Origin: Takakia lepidozioides
Lineage: Eukaryota > Plantae > Bryophyta
Assembly: GCA_030704615.1 (NCBI GenBank)
Contig: CM060733.1
Span: 28,334,001-28,398,000 of the forward strand
DNA: 64,000 nucleotides
Direction of reading: 5' to 3'
Both the position numbers and the translations under genes were made by a program. This document shows positions 1 through 13,481 of the stretch, one piece after another; position 1 is the stretch's first letter, and the number at the start of each line of letters is the position of its first letter. A model generated the notes under the pieces. The model made no database searches. It saw only the letters and a list, made by a program, of their open reading frames with translations, and was not told the origin of the DNA.

Positions 1-1213
1 CTTGAGCATTGGTGCCACTATGTTGGTTCCAACCCGGTGAAGGTGTTCACGGACAATTCCCAAAACAACTTAGGTGGCAAGATACTTTGGCAGTGTTCGA
101 CGTGGATATCCAGTATAAACCGGGACGGGACAATGTGGTGGCCGATGCTTTAAGTAGAAAGCAGCAGCTCATACTGGTGTACAGGGGCGAGACGGCGCTC
201 CAAAGGAAGATCCGGAAAGCTTACCGGAAGGATAAGATGGCGAAGTCCGTGATGCGGGACTTGAGGATGGGGGTTAAATCGCAGTTCCACTTGCAAAATG
301 GACTACTCCGGTATAAGCAGAAACGTCTCTACGTGCCGAAGGGAGGGATCAGATATAGTCTCTTGAGAGAATGTCATGATGGCCCGCTTGCGGGCCACGG
401 CGGAGCCAAACGCACCGCGACACTCTTGAAGAAAGAGTATTTCTGGCCCAAACTGAGGGAGGAGGTCGAGGAGTATGTCAAGACATGCACCACATGCCAA
501 CAAAACCGGAGCGAGTACAAAAACAAGCGGGGCTGTTACAACCCTTGCCGATTCCAGAGGGGTCTTGAAAAACTGTCTCGATGGATTTCATGACTGTTAT
601 GCCGCTGTCAAAAGGATTCGATGCGATCATGGTAGTAGTGGATAGGTTCAGTAAAATGGGCCATTTCATCCCCACCAAGGAGACGGCAACGGCACATGAG
701 ACGGGGCGACTTTACTTCGCCCACGTCTTCAAGCATCATGGACTCCCGAAGGATATTATCTCGGACCGAGATCCAAAGTTTATGAGTAAATTTTGGAGGG
801 CACTTTGGAAGAAGATGGGGACGAGGCTCAAGATGAGCACCGCCTTCCGACCTACGACGGACGGCCAAACGGAAAGAGTGAATTCCGTGGTGAAGCAGAT
901 CTTGCGGAATTACGTGTCGGCAGACCAATCAGACTGGGTGGAGCATTTTTGGACGCGGCAGAGTTATGTTATAATAACACAAAACACTCCACAACGGGAG
1001 TTTCCCCTTTCGTGTTGGTCTATGGAAAAGCACCTCTGGTGCCGACAAGTTGGGCCGCCTAGGACGTTGAGGAACCGGCAGCAGCGGCGGCACTGGAAGA
1101 ACACGAGCGTTTGTTGAAGCTCGCAAAGTACAACATTGCCAAAGCTAGGAAACGGTATGAACGGCAGGCGAATCGGAAGCGGAGGAAAGTTAAGTTTGAG
1201 GTAGGCATGGAGG
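1..1213 (+). mobile_element. Ty3/Gypsy pol fragment (RNase H end, integrase), same family as 21534-27199
   Basis: NVVADALSR, an HHCC zinc finger and the MDF..VVVDRFSK..SDRDPKF..TDGQTERVN integrase core. Nucleotide match to about 25181-26433; frameshifted. Confidence 0.92.
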
Positions 1214-1780
1214 CAGGCTACTCATCTTGCTACGATTCACAAGGAGCTTACATCCCACCTCGCAGAAACTCAAAAACAATACAAATAGTATGCAGATCAA
1301 CATCGCCAATTCCAACCCCAGTTCAAGGTCGGAGAACGTGTGTGGCTTCTTCGACGGGACATACAAACCTCGCGACCATCAAGGAAATTGGATTATCAAC
1401 GCCTGGGACCATTCAAAATTATTCGATAAATAAATCCAGTCAGTTTTCGGCTTGAACTCCCACGAAGTATACGCATCCATCCAGTCTTTCATGTTTCATT
1501 ATTGGAGTTGTATCATCTATCGAATATTCCAGGGAGAGTTTCCGTACTACCTCTACCAATCGAAGTCAATCAGGAAATTGAGTATGAAGTCGACGAAGTC
1601 CTAGACTCTCGCATCAAGTATAAACGTCTTGAGTATTTTGTACATTGGAAAGGCTACGACATCAGCGAATGAACGTGGGAACCTTCATCCAACCTCGCCA
1701 ATGCCTCTGACAAAGTCCAAGAGTTTCATCAACGATATCCAGCTAAGCCCCGAGCTACACGTCAATGAGACGTCACAACA
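1214..1780 (+). mobile_element. Fragment of a second chromovirus (Tcn1-like): integrase C-terminus and chromodomain
   Basis: Reads FKVGERVWL..RPSRKLDYQRLGPFKI..IHPVFHVSLLE..EYEVDEVLDSR..EYFVHWKGY. It is not a nucleotide match to the resident Gypsy. The clade call is from recognition of the sequence style. Confidence 0.8.
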
Positions 1781-4768
1781 ACGTCGAGTTTTGGACAACT
1801 GCAAAAGGCATGGTGGGGGCCTCTGGCAGTGTAGTTGTTCGAGCTAAGCTACTGGCAGGAGCCGATGGAATGTGGTCAAGGGTGCGGAAAATCATGGTGC
1901 CAGAAGATGCTCCCCGTTACTTGAACTACCTCAATTGGAACGCAGTTGTCTACAACCCTAATGGAGAGTGAGTCATCATCTTTCGTCTCAGGATTCCTCA
2001 ACTCTAGGCCCCAAAAGGCCCTTGTTGATGTCCATACCCAGCAGGTGACCCTTGATCCAAGGGGACGTTGACTCTCATGGGATAAAACTTAAGTGAACTG
2101 AATGTGATGGAACTGAACATGTAATGGAATAGAATCTGACTAGAATGGAAACCTGAATATAATGGAAATATAGCACTCAACATAGGAATGAAAGGGTGGA
2201 AGTAGACACTAAATTCTAAACATATGAGGGAGCCCTCCACTGCAAATGGGTATTAGCTGGTGAAGCTAAGATCTTCTCATGCAGTATTGACTGGGGGAAA
2301 GGTACATCAGGAGAAAAGAACCGATGGGTGTTCTCTCCTTCAGTGGACAATGGAGCTCTTGACCAAAGAAATCCTTATAAGCTTGCTTTATTTATTAAAC
2401 CTCTTTGAAGCTTCATGAAAGACCTAAATGAGACTGTAAGCTTTGAAGATGTGACTAAAGCACACAGCCAGCCTGCCAGGAGGGATATATCAATTGACTA
2501 GTTGTTATGAACTCGTATGGAATCTGATATCATGGCAGAGTATTTGCCTATTGCAAAGATGAGGTTCAAATGCTACATGCAGCCAGTGGTCGGGAGGTGG
2601 CCTATATCAGTGATCAAGGTACAATCCCAGTGTGGCTCCTTCATTCTATTCTTTGAAGGCAGTTATATCCCAGCTTGTTTGTAACACTGCTTGGGTCTCA
2701 TAACCATGACTATCAACTTGAAACAGGGCGTGGCAACGTACTATGGCACTTGCGTATTCTGGATAAAACTGGTGAGCTGCAAAAGGACTTCCTTGAAAGG
2801 TCAGTAAAATTTAACAAAAGTGAATCCAAAGCACGGGCATTGCAGCAATTGGCCGACCTTGAAGGCTGGGAGGATTTGATTTCAGCAATCAAGGCAACCG
2901 ATGACAGTCTCATATATGAGCGGAGGTCTATGGACCGCTTGCCTTTGAAGAAATGGAGCGATGCTACTGGCCATGTGTTGCTCATTGGGGATGGTAAGTG
3001 TCACCTTCTTTCTAAAGTTTCCTTTGATCTTGATAGCTTCCAGACATGAGCTGGTGCTCTATGATTACAATGTCTTACACTACATTCAACCTAATGCTTT
3101 GTAATACAGTACCCCAAGGCCTGCAAACAAATGAACTCTCATTTAGCTACATGCCTGCTTGCTACTTCGGTGCTTAGTCCCAGGTGACCTGGTGGAGTGG
3201 ATCCATTGAGTAAGAGAAGAATGAATTCCCCAGGTGAATAATATACCCAAGGGTTCGAGTCAGCCCACTGCAGGAAGAGAGTGGCTAGGCAAGAGCTGGA
3301 TGAAGTCCGGAAATTAGCACATCTCACAACCCCACCCCCGAGGAAGCAGTAGGTCTTTGTTACACAGGCTTCGGACGGAGTCTTCTCTCTCACAGTCTTC
3401 AAGTCAATTGCTAGTTTGCGCCTCTCTCTCCAGGCATTCTATTGGAAACAACGTCTCTTGAGTGTACATTTTCTCTAGGTGTTTGGATGATTGATGGATG
3501 TCTCACTTAGCCTGAGGATAGAGACTGGGGGATAACCTGCAGTGAATACCTTTGTGTTGATTGTGCTAAATAAGATAGGCTACAGGCAGCTCAATGTTCT
3601 TCCAAGGATCCGAGATGCCTTGCAGCATATCTCAACGAGGCTTTCCACCATAGCATATCTCTGAAAGTTGAATTGCAGTTTTCTGGTTGTGTGGGGTGGG
3701 GGACGGGGGGGTGTGCGCATGGTTGCCAGGGGTGCCACTTTTCCTTTTGATTGATCTCATTCTAATTTTCCTACAGCCTTGAACTTCCCGCAGTTGACGT
3801 TGTGAAGTTTCTTTAGGTCTACTGCTTTCTTTCTTTCTCTCTGTTCTCCATTGATAAGCTGTTTGGGCTCTCCGGGGCTGGATGTTATGATCTGTTTCCT
3901 TTCTTTCCCTCTGAATACTTGCAGGCAATTTACCTCTGTTCTTGCACTTGCTGTGAGAACAGCTGCGCATGGTATGTACACATCGTTGGGGATGGGGGCA
4001 CGCCTAGCATTTGAAGATGCACATCAGCTCACCCTCCTTCTGGAGAAGGCTTTTGAGTCACAGGAAGAGGTCAACATTCCAGCAGTTGTCCACAAGTAAG
4101 GAGATCACTTTGAACATCCTGTTGTCATAGTGTCACCAGATTAAATATCTTTTGTGCACTCACTCATTAGTGCTAGACTTTTATGCAAATTGCTACTCTG
4201 GTATACAACGCTTATATAACTAGTACCTTCATGGACATATTCTGGTTATACGATACTTATGTACCTGGGTCCATCTTAGAGTAAACTGGTCGCTTGCACA
4301 GGCCTGCATGTCACAGATTCTGCTAACGTTTGCGTCCATTTGACATTAGTTCACTTGAACATTGATTGATGGGGCTGCATCGAATTTTGCACATGTTGTA
4401 TCAGGTTTGAGGAGATCAGAATGCCAAGGATTAGCTGCCTTCATCAGTATGCAACGGAAATGACAGAGCAACCTGAGTTTGTTCCAGAGTGGGTCTCCAA
4501 GCTTTCACCAGAGCAGCAGATGCAGCGCCTCAGTGAGACCTTAAGCTGGACCGGCAAGTACCCAAACTTCACTTTCCGAATTTCCAGAAGAACCAACTCC
4601 CCTCTACAACGATTCCCAATTCCTACCAGTGACAGTTCTAAATCTGACTCAGTTTATCAACAGATCTGTCTGCTTCATCTATACTGGCCTTGTCACTGTG
4701 ATCTAAGCTTCAGTTCAGGATTAGACATGCAACTCATGGATGAGAAGAGAAAGAAATGCAGAAACTAG
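1781..4768 (+). pseudogene. FAD monooxygenase 3' part (partial exon 3, exons 4-7), fused to a retrotransposon fragment
   Basis: Homologous to 15263-18693. Exons about 1781-1967, 2539-2618, 2727-2993, 3963-4095 and 4405 onward. The native stop is removed by a deletion equivalent to 18418-18496. Confidence 0.85.
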
Positions 4769-5315
4769 AGTTGTACATGAATGATAGTATCTGGAACTTC
4801 TTTCTCTTTTGAATCCATGTGAAGTTCGTGCCAGAGTGTGACCTTTAGCTTACTAAATAGGGGAAGGGCCTGCAACGAACCTCCCCCACCCCCTTCATTT
4901 CGTTCATATGAATGAAAGTATCTGGAACTTCTTTCTCTTGAATCCATGTGAAGTTTGTGCCAGAGTGTGACTTTTAGCTTACTAAATAGGGGAAGAGCAA
5001 TGAACCTCCCCCACCACCTTCATTTCGTTCGAGTAACGATGCAGTAGAGTACTTGGCGATCATAAGATCCTTTCTCAAACGTGGATATAGTATCTGGAGT
5101 TTTTTTTGGGTGCGCACATAAATGTCCTTGCTCTGCCCAACTCAGTGTCCCCAGATGCACTTGAGTTTGTGAATTGTGTATGTTTGTTTGAACGCACAAC
5201 TCCACATTGGAATGGGGCATGCGTCGCGATTGCGTGATGGAATTGCACATACATCCCTCCTGAAGTTTGCTCGGCACAAGGCAATATGCCTTCTATCCAG
5301 TCATGCCGTAGTGGG

Positions 5316-5717
5316 TGTTAGAGAGTTTGTTCACTTCAGTGTAAGGGATGCTCCTTGAATAGCAAGATGGATATTGTTAGATACTTTTGCTATTCATGTC
5401 ATGGCACACAGAGAAAAGGCAGAGGAGTGCAGATAGGAATAGCACTAGGACTTCAAATAGAAATATCTAAAGTTGAGGTTTGTGTATTTAAGTAGGCACT
5501 TCAAGCCATTGAATCAATCTCTTTCAAGGAATAAAGTGTGTCTCTCTAGAAACCCGTCTTTGTCTCTGTTTCTATATAGTTAGCATAGTTGTATGCTAGA
5601 GTACTCATCGTCTTTCCTATGAAAATCCTTACTTCTAGTGCAACCACCAGCTCTAAGAAGAATTCAGGTCAACAGGTTATGGGCCCACAGGGTTGAGATG
5701 AGTTAGTGTCAAAGCTC
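5316..5717 (+). mobile_element. Copia 5' LTR and PBS remnant (duplicate of 19242-19658; mirror at about 39458-39875)
   Basis: TGTTAG (5316 or 5375) to TCAACA (5674), followed by GGTTATGGGCCCA; interrupted at 5718. Confidence 0.7.
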
Positions 5718-7597
5718 TGTCATGGTTTTAGTCATGGTTATCTAGAATTACCTACTTCTAGTTAACTAGGACATTTTAGATATTTATATTTAAATTTTGT
5801 GTGTTGGGACTTCATTTGGTCTCACATGCCAAGTGAGGTGTCGAGCCTCACTTGAGACATGGAGATAGGTTTTCCCCTTGTGAGTGTTGAGGAGGCTCAT
5901 CTTCTTGTAGTTGAACCTCCATGAGCTTCTCTCACCTCCATAGCTCTAGGTATTGAGAGGGAGTGTGTTGAGGGCTTTGTAGGGTGGATTCCTTTAGCAA
6001 AGGTGCCCTTGGCTTGACTTAGTTTATGTGATAGAATGGATTTCACTTGGAAAGGACTAGGGCTTGTTCTTCATGTGATTGCTTCATGCTTTGAGAGCTT
6101 TCATTGTCTTCTACTTCTCTCATTTCTCATCTCTTATCACTACAAGAAGATCACCTTATGCTTGTGAGTGCGGAGTGTAAGGATTAGTTTTGCACTTGTA
6201 TTTTAAAGAGGTTGAGAGCTAGGAGAATTTAGCTCTTGTATCACAAGGCTTGCAAGGGGTTGCAATGAAAGGTGCTCGAGTATTGCATGCACCAAGGAGT
6301 TGGAGAGCTTGAGAAGAAAGCTCTTGAGTCACAAGATTTTGCAAGGATTGTAAGGAGGAAGTCTTGTGTGTGTGGAAGCATGGATTCTAGGGTTTGATAA
6401 TCCTTTGTATGCATTATGGAGTCGATGGTGTACGCCATGGCTTGTGGAGAGTGACTAAAGGCTTGTTAGTGCTCATTTCACTATCAAGCTAGGGTTAAGC
6501 AAGTTCAAAGTGTGGATGTTGTGGAAGAGAAGCCAAAGAGCTATATATGCTTGGGCTTGAAGACAACAAGGGCAAGCACTTGGAGAGCACTAAGAAGCTC
6601 AAGAGGTTTTGAAAGGGAGCATGTGAAGAAATCTTCCAATCATGGTGGTGTGGAGCCAAGCTTAGGGTGCCATTGGAAGGGCTTGGAGAACATGTGGTGG
6701 GAAATCCTTGAAGGGAAATCATCATTCAATGTATGCATAGCTTCACCCTAACTATGTAATGTGACAAGAGGGGGAGGCAATACTTGGCTATTCATGCTCT
6801 TGGTAATGTGACCTTTGTGGTGGATAGTTGACCAAGCAAGTGGTGCATGTATGGAGCATGCTCGCTTGAGTTTGTAAGTTCAAGTTTGAGAATGGGAGCT
6901 CTTGAACTAGCAAGAGGTGAAGGCCTTTGAGATCCATTTGTGTGTGAAGTGGAGAGGTGTTGATTCATGTTATGATGAAGGAGAGCAACACATAGGCCAA
7001 GAGGCCATGAAACATACATTCAAATGACCACGGGGAGCACATGGATGATGGATTGGTGCAAGACCCCAAATGAGGCATATGGCGTGAGAGTGGGATCCAA
7101 GGCGGATTGCTTGGGAGCATTATTGTAAGTGACAAGCATTGCTCCTACACATTGAGATAATTTGTGTTGATTTGGAGCAATTGTCAAGTGATGAGGAGAC
7201 AAATGCATGATTGTTCGGCAATGGAGATATGGTAGTTTGCAATCAAATCCCAAGGACTAGAAGGGGGATTGATTTGGTGGACAATGACTTGCAAGTTGAG
7301 TTGGACCACTCTTGGTTGCACATTGGGGTGGAAGAGAGCAAGAAGATGCCTCTTATGACCACCTAGAGACCATATTTTTGCTTGAGTAGAAGCATAGAAG
7401 TCAATGACTTGCATTCTAGCTCTTCATTACAAACCCTAGTAGTGTATGCTCAGACTATACCTCTGTTAGTATACCAAACATGAGCTTGTCCCTTTTACTA
7501 TACCTCTGTTGAGGTATCACCATATGTGGTCCCTAATCAGCTCAGACTATACCTCTGTTAGTATACCAAACAGAACCCTCATTTTCAGACTATATCT
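5718..7597. mobile_element. Unclassified LTR-like insertion (mirror at 37510-39457)
   Basis: Starts TGTCA exactly where homology to the Copia leader at about 19658 ends. Non-coding, and absent from the intact locus. No TSD pair found. Confidence 0.55.
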
Positions 7598-8271
7598 TGT
7601 CGTGCGGCTTCTACTCACCCATCCCTTCGCTATCCGAGGCGGAAACTCCAAGATAGAAGAGTTAAAAATCTCTAAGTACTCAGCCCGCGCACAACAATCA
7701 GTCATGACCTACAGCTAGTGTATCATGGGGGTGTTTCCTATTTGTTTCCCTTTTGGCATTCATGTTAGCTACCTTACCATTGATAATTAAGTATCAGTTT
7801 GCTTCATCAATCTATCGGATTCCATCAACTCATCCATTCATTCCACAGCTTCACTCAGATCTCTCTACACAGTGTGATTGTATCGTATAAGTATCAGATT
7901 ATGATTTATCAGGTATCAGGCCGAAGCCATTGTGTCTCTAATCTGCTCTACAATATCACTACAGCTTTGCATATAACAAGCATCTACTAATCTTCTTTCC
8001 TCCTTCACCGTGCTCTCCATCTTTGTTTCCGATCTTGCTCTCCGCCCGATCTCCTCTCATGCATGACAAAGAAGTCCTCCCCCGTGAAGTGCTTCCAAGA
8101 TTCATCCAAAATTAATGCCTTCTCAGTCCTTGCTTCTCCCTTTAGCTTCCTACCCGTGGCTCTAACCGTTTCCCTCATTAACCGTCGTCCGTGAACTAAC
8201 ATGTTCCATTTGCAGGTGTTGTTCCCCACAGTCGTTCCCTGTCCTGCTCTCCGTTCCCTATGGTCGTGACA
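7598..8271. mobile_element. Putative solo LTR
   Basis: TGTCG...TGACA termini, starting exactly at the end of inverted arm 1. Flanks (TATCT / GCTGT) do not match. Confidence 0.45.
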
Positions 8272-8480
8272 GCTGTGTCAAGCTGTGACTGGTTGTGTGA
8301 AACTGTGACGGGCTTTGACTGGCTGTGTCGACTGTGACGGGCTGTGTTGGCTGTGATGGGCTGTGTCGACTGTGACGGGCTGTGTTGGCTGTGATGGGTT
8401 GTGTCGACTGTGTTGGCTGTGACGACTGTGTTGGCTGTGACGGGCTGTGTAACCCCCCTCTACAGTGCGCTGCTGTCACC
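8272..8480. repeat. Short tandem array of about 9-10 bp (GGCTGTGAC / GACTGTGTT variants)
   Basis: Directly visible repeated CTGTG(A/T) units. Confidence 0.8.
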
Positions 8481-8948
8481 TCTAAGGCTCCTGTTGGTCT
8501 CAGTCTGTACAAAAATTAAGGGTACCCTACAGATCCCGTATAAGTGTCTAAGTCCCAGACAGTCCTCTAACATTACCCCTTCCCCTCTCAAAAAGCCGTG
8601 TCCTCATGGTTTACTGATTGCGATTAGCAAACCTTTGTGAGTGAGCACCTTTCTGACGTTGAGAGTTTCGTGGCGGACTGTGTGTACGAGCCCGAGGTCT
8701 GTCATTGGTTGACGGAGATGTTTGAACACTACCTGGATAAGTGAGGCCCTCTGGAGGCTGATATCGAGGTAATCTTTCAGGCATATGAGACCCCCGTCGC
8801 TTCTTCTCTGCCATCTGAATTGCATAGTCTTCTCCCATGTCAAAAGAATCCGCTGAAGAAACAGTTGTATCAGAATCCTCATCGCCTCTCAGGTGTTTTA
8901 ATTTTCGAACTTTTTGTGGAATCCTCTGGGGCATACAATGTTGTCCTA

Positions 8949-9688
8949 CCAAACCATGAACGAAGAGCAAAAGGAAAACGATAAAGATGGTAGATTAGGG
9001 TTTCGACGATATGTAAATTAAAATTCCAGCTGCTAGATCATTGGCACATAACAGATCAGGTGCATTGGGGCTACATTCGTGGGGTTAGATTAGCCGGATT
9101 CACACTTAATGGGATTGAACGGGCTGGAGTCACAGAGGAGGGGTGACATGAGATGGGGTATATGGTCTGTGGTGAGATTACGTGGTCTGGGGTGACACGG
9201 GATGGGGTTACATAGGGCAAATAACAGAGACATGGGGTGGGGTGACCCGATCAGGAGTGGGGCTACATGGGCTGGGATGACACGAGATAAGGTTTCAATC
9301 ATAACCTGGAGTGACACAGAAGGAGGTACATGGGTCGAGAGGAGATGGGGCTACATGGTCTGAGGTGACACGATTGGTAATGACATGAGATGGGATTAGG
9401 AGATGGAGTTACATGGGGTGGGGTGACACAAGATGGGAATACATGGGCCGGGGTGACACGAGATGGGGTTACATGGGGCGGGGATGGAGAACTGGGCCAA
9501 TTTCACAGGCGGGACGTCGCAAGGCTACACGATGCAGGGGCAACGACACTGATTGCACGAGAGCGTGGGTGGGGAGGATTTGACCGGCCCGCCGCCTACT
9601 TCATATGCACGCATAAGTCCTTACATTACTCCTATTGTTTAAATAAAGCCCACAATTGGATGGGGATTTAACCCGGGGGTCAACACTG
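8949..9688 (-). mobile_element. Terminus of a DNA-transposon-like element with GGGTGACA/GGGTTACA subterminal array
   Basis: Shares CTTACATTACTCCTA and GGGTGGGGAGGATTTGACCG motifs with 53244, 58930-59050 and 61375-61570. Confidence 0.6.
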
Positions 9689-9970
9689 GGCCAGCAAAGC
9701 AAAACTAGAAGACGAGCTGCCTCACAGTAGAAGGCTGCAGTGATAGCAAACAGAGAAGCAGCTGCAATGAGATCGTTACAAAAACTGCAGCAAGGGTGCT
9801 GATAAGTCGAAGCAAGGGTAATCAGAAGAGATCTACAAGATGCGAAGATGGCAGAGAAGAACATGCAGATTTTTATTATGATCGTATATCTGTAGTAAAT
9901 CTAACAACATCATCAACACCAACAATCTCATTTTATTCGTTTGTGTAGTGCGGTTGGATTTGTGGTGTTC

Positions 9971-11659
9971 CTATCCAAGTGTGACAGCCGTGACAGATGA
10001 TATACAAGACATGAAGTCTGCATCTTCCTGCAGTCTCGTTGCAGCATCCTGAGGAAGTTTGAACTGTATTTCTATTGTGCCGTCGTTGTGCTTTGCTGCA
10101 AAAACGATCGCAGAAGGAGGAGTGAACTTCAGTAATATAGCAATATTGGCAAACGGCGGACCCCATCCGAAGTCGAAATGTTCAAGACCTGGGAAATGAG
10201 TGGAACCACCTGCACTCACGTCAGCAAAAGGTCGGAAATCAAAGAGAAAGTAGGATTCCTTTTTCTCTTTCTCCATAATGGTAAGCTGAGATTTGATGTG
10301 GTGAGCGGTGAAATCTGCAATCGTCTTGTGCAGCAGGTTTGCAGCATAAGAGATTCCATTTCCCAGAAGCTCTCTCACGGTAGTTACTGCCACAGCGTCA
10401 AGAACTGCGTTTCCAAAATAATTGGGAGGGAGCTCTAGCCAGCGTTTCCTGCAATCGATGCTATTGAAGTATCGAGTTTCCTCCGTATATGCAAGCAATC
10501 GAGCCCGGGTAATGGCCCTCCAGACATGTGCACTGATCACTACGTAAGCGCTGAACGTAGGCCCATGTGGTGGATCCTGCAATACTTTCTCTTTGAGCTT
10601 CTTTTGCATCGGTACATCAAACAAAATGTGCAAAGTTGTTGAGTTCAGGGCAGTCGCAGGAGGACCCTTCGAATCCCCGGAGGAAGGAAAAGGATTACCC
10701 GACAACGATAATCTCTTCATATAAGCCTTTGGAAGGGAATACTTTATCCAATCTGAGTTGTCTGACTCCGACTCTGATGCCAAGTTGATGACATTCTCTC
10801 GCGAGCTGAAATTGGGAAGAAGGGAGATGCGTTCTCCACGGGCGACCTCTGCCCATGACTTGATAAATTGCCACAGCGTTATTCCATCTACGAGTCCATG
10901 GAAGTAGACAAAACCAACTGCATAGCCGCCACACTTGAGATGAGTGACCTGCGTAATTCAAAGAGAAATGATATCACTCAGAAGGTCGGATTGGGTCACA
11001 CCGAAGTGTACTCGTAAGGTGCTCCGGTACTTTTGCAATGACATACATGTGACCATCACCTTCACACCATAGAAGCACCACAGAAACATAGGTAGCTGAC
11101 CTGGGCGCCAAAAAGAGGGCCGCGGGTATGCCAGGTACCAAAGTCCTGAAGAGTGCAGGGGATTGGTTGCGCAAAGTGTTGATACAGGTCAGCCATGTTG
11201 TAGTTTCTGAGCTCCCGCACAGTGATGGGAGCTGAAGCCTCAACAAACTCCACCCCTGCGTCGTTACAGTCCACGGTTGCCAGCCCGCCTTCGTCTTGTA
11301 CAAACCGACCTGCATGACATATCATGGTCTCCCAATGTCGTTAGCATTCTCTAATAATCGCGTATAGTACTGTAGTCACCATGTCGTCAGAGCTACTGAA
11401 GGGTGGGTTGTTTACCTGCAAATGGGTAGTAGTCTGTCAGCGCTCTTGAGAGACTTTCCCTTAGTCTTTCATTGAACTGATTCACGATGAGGTTTTCTTG
11501 AGCGCTGGCGTCGTACAAGAGCAGGACTCTGAAGGGAGGAAATTTTATCAAGCGGAGATCGAAGCCGGTAAGTTGGAGCCGCAGCAACTCCCGGCTCTCG
11601 TCGGGACGTGGCGTGGGAACCACCATGGATTTTGATAGGACAGTCACTTCCACTCCCAT
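9971..11659 (-). CDS. BAHD acyltransferase (transferase family), copy 1a; 3 exons, about 476 aa
   Basis: Exons 11659-11416, 11309-11101 and 10948-9971 have GT-AG borders and splice in frame. The product has YYPFAGRF, an intron after the conserved Q (GAQ|VT), the catalytic HGLVDG (HXXXD) and a C-terminal DFGWG. Confidence 0.93.
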
Positions 11660-13481
11660 CTTGAATAATGCCGACTTCGCCCGGACTCTCGCTCCAGCCC
11701 TCGAAAGTTTGTGAATTCAGTGAGCTACGTGCAAGCTGGATAGGAATCCAGAGTCAAAGAGTAAGAGATTGATTGAAGGTCAATCATGTCAATCACAAGT
11801 CAGAAAGGAGAAGTTAGAGGTGGAATCCACGAACCGTAGGTGGAAATGGATAGCTCACGCCGACCTGTGAACATCAGAGGAACTTTGAACTGGAATGGAC
11901 ACACCTGTGAGGTCTCCACAGCCCTCGCATATGCGCATCGCGGCCTCTTTAGTTCCAATTGCAACATTACCATGCATGATCCGTTAGGGATGCAACGTAC
12001 ATTGTGGAGGCTGAAGTGCGTGCAGGCTGAAACGGATATAGTTGAGTTGTGATGTAAGGGGCTGTATCGTCCTACCTCAAAAGCAGGCCGACTGCGTAAG
12101 CAGCGCAGATGCAGGGGTGCTGTTGGCCTGTAGTAGGAGCACGCGGCGAGAGGATCGCCGCGGGAGGTTGGCCCTGTCCAACTCCACCAGCTGCCTGCAG
12201 CTCACGAGCAAAGAGAAATAAGAAATTGGACACTCACATCACGGCCAGACCTGAAAGTGCTTTAGGACAAACAACTCGTGGGAGATACGTAAGGATGAGA
12301 CACAAGGAGGAAGTGATCGAATTCAACTGAGCCGCTGGAATATGTCAAGCATCCCATGCTCATGCAAAACACGAAAACACCAAGCTTCGAGTAGTTAGAT
12401 TGAATCCGGTCGCATCACTTTCACCTTACCAAAGACACACGGTGAAGTGCAGATTACAGTTTTCAACCCTCTCTACTTTAAACTGTGCATGATGTGCATC
12501 CGTAACGCTTGCCACCTTCTTACTTCGATGTGAGGTTTAAGGTTTAAAGTCTGACGCTGGGCCCATACGGATCATAAATTCACGGCAGCATCCCAGCTAT
12601 GCATTCCACATATGCAAGTGGGATTTGACACCGTTTATTTAAAGGGACTTAGTGCAGTCCACTTAACTGCCATTGCTGCTAAACATGCTCAAAACTACAT
12701 GCTCAAGAGTGCAAAGAATAAGGAAATGTCGCTGGTCTGGTCACAGGTATAGACACGTCCGCGTCTGTAGGTGCGGTCTGTGTCCAACATACCCAACTCG
12801 GGTGTGCTCACGGGTCCCACTCATCCACTGCAGGCAGCACACCCCACTCGTCACTTGGACTATATGCATAATGTCGAGCTAACTCAGTAATAAGTACATG
12901 TAGCTATAGTTAATGTGAATTAATATCGCCACTTTAATAATGTAAAGTGGTAGATGATGAGTCATGACGCCTTGTCCTCGGAGATGTAACTGGTTATGGA
13001 CTTCAAAGTTCACGAGATCTCTGCCTGCTCCACACTGCGTTGTCGTCATCATGTATACAACTTTGTAGTGACCATGAATACAGTAATGATGAAGGAGGTG
13101 TGAAATATTGTTCAGCAATACGGCAGGAGCCTGGTGCAGGTGTGGAAGCAGGGATGCCAACAGGGCATCAGAAGCTGGTGGCGCTGCTTGGGATTGATGA
13201 GTGGTGCAAGACCCCGGTCTGCTGCTGGGTCTTTCTCTACACGGCCAGAACTGTGGAGGCAGGCACTCGTTACAACTCCAGAGGGTCGACATTGCAAGTA
13301 CGGCTTCGAGGGGGGGAAATAACCTACCCGCCGTCACCACCGTCATTGTTACTTCCCCCAAGTTCCGCTTTGGTAGTGACCTCGTCTTCGGGATTCAAAG
13401 TGAAAACGAAAGCGATCTCTCTCGACTGTATAGGATTCTCTCCCCGCTACTTTCTAAACAGCTAAGACGGAGTGTAGATCC
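11660..13481. promoter_or_regulatory. Divergent intergenic region shared by BAHD and monooxygenase (duplicated at 49398-51218)
   Basis: Head-to-head start codons 1.82 kb apart. The BAHD-proximal 270 bp is conserved with the paralog 2 upstream region (59151-59408). Confidence 0.55.

Larger units (their letters stand above)
1..7594. repeat. Inverted repeat pair 1, left arm (partner 37581-44804)
   Basis: Mirror-image ORFs (e.g. 2675-3049+ / 42131-42505-, 6512-6751+ / 38424-38663-) and direct sequence comparison; scattered substitutions and indels. Confidence 0.92.

Noticed and set aside
8611-8970. 119-aa minus-strand ORF
   Set aside because: No recognisable domain; it lies between transposon subterminal arrays and cannot be assigned.
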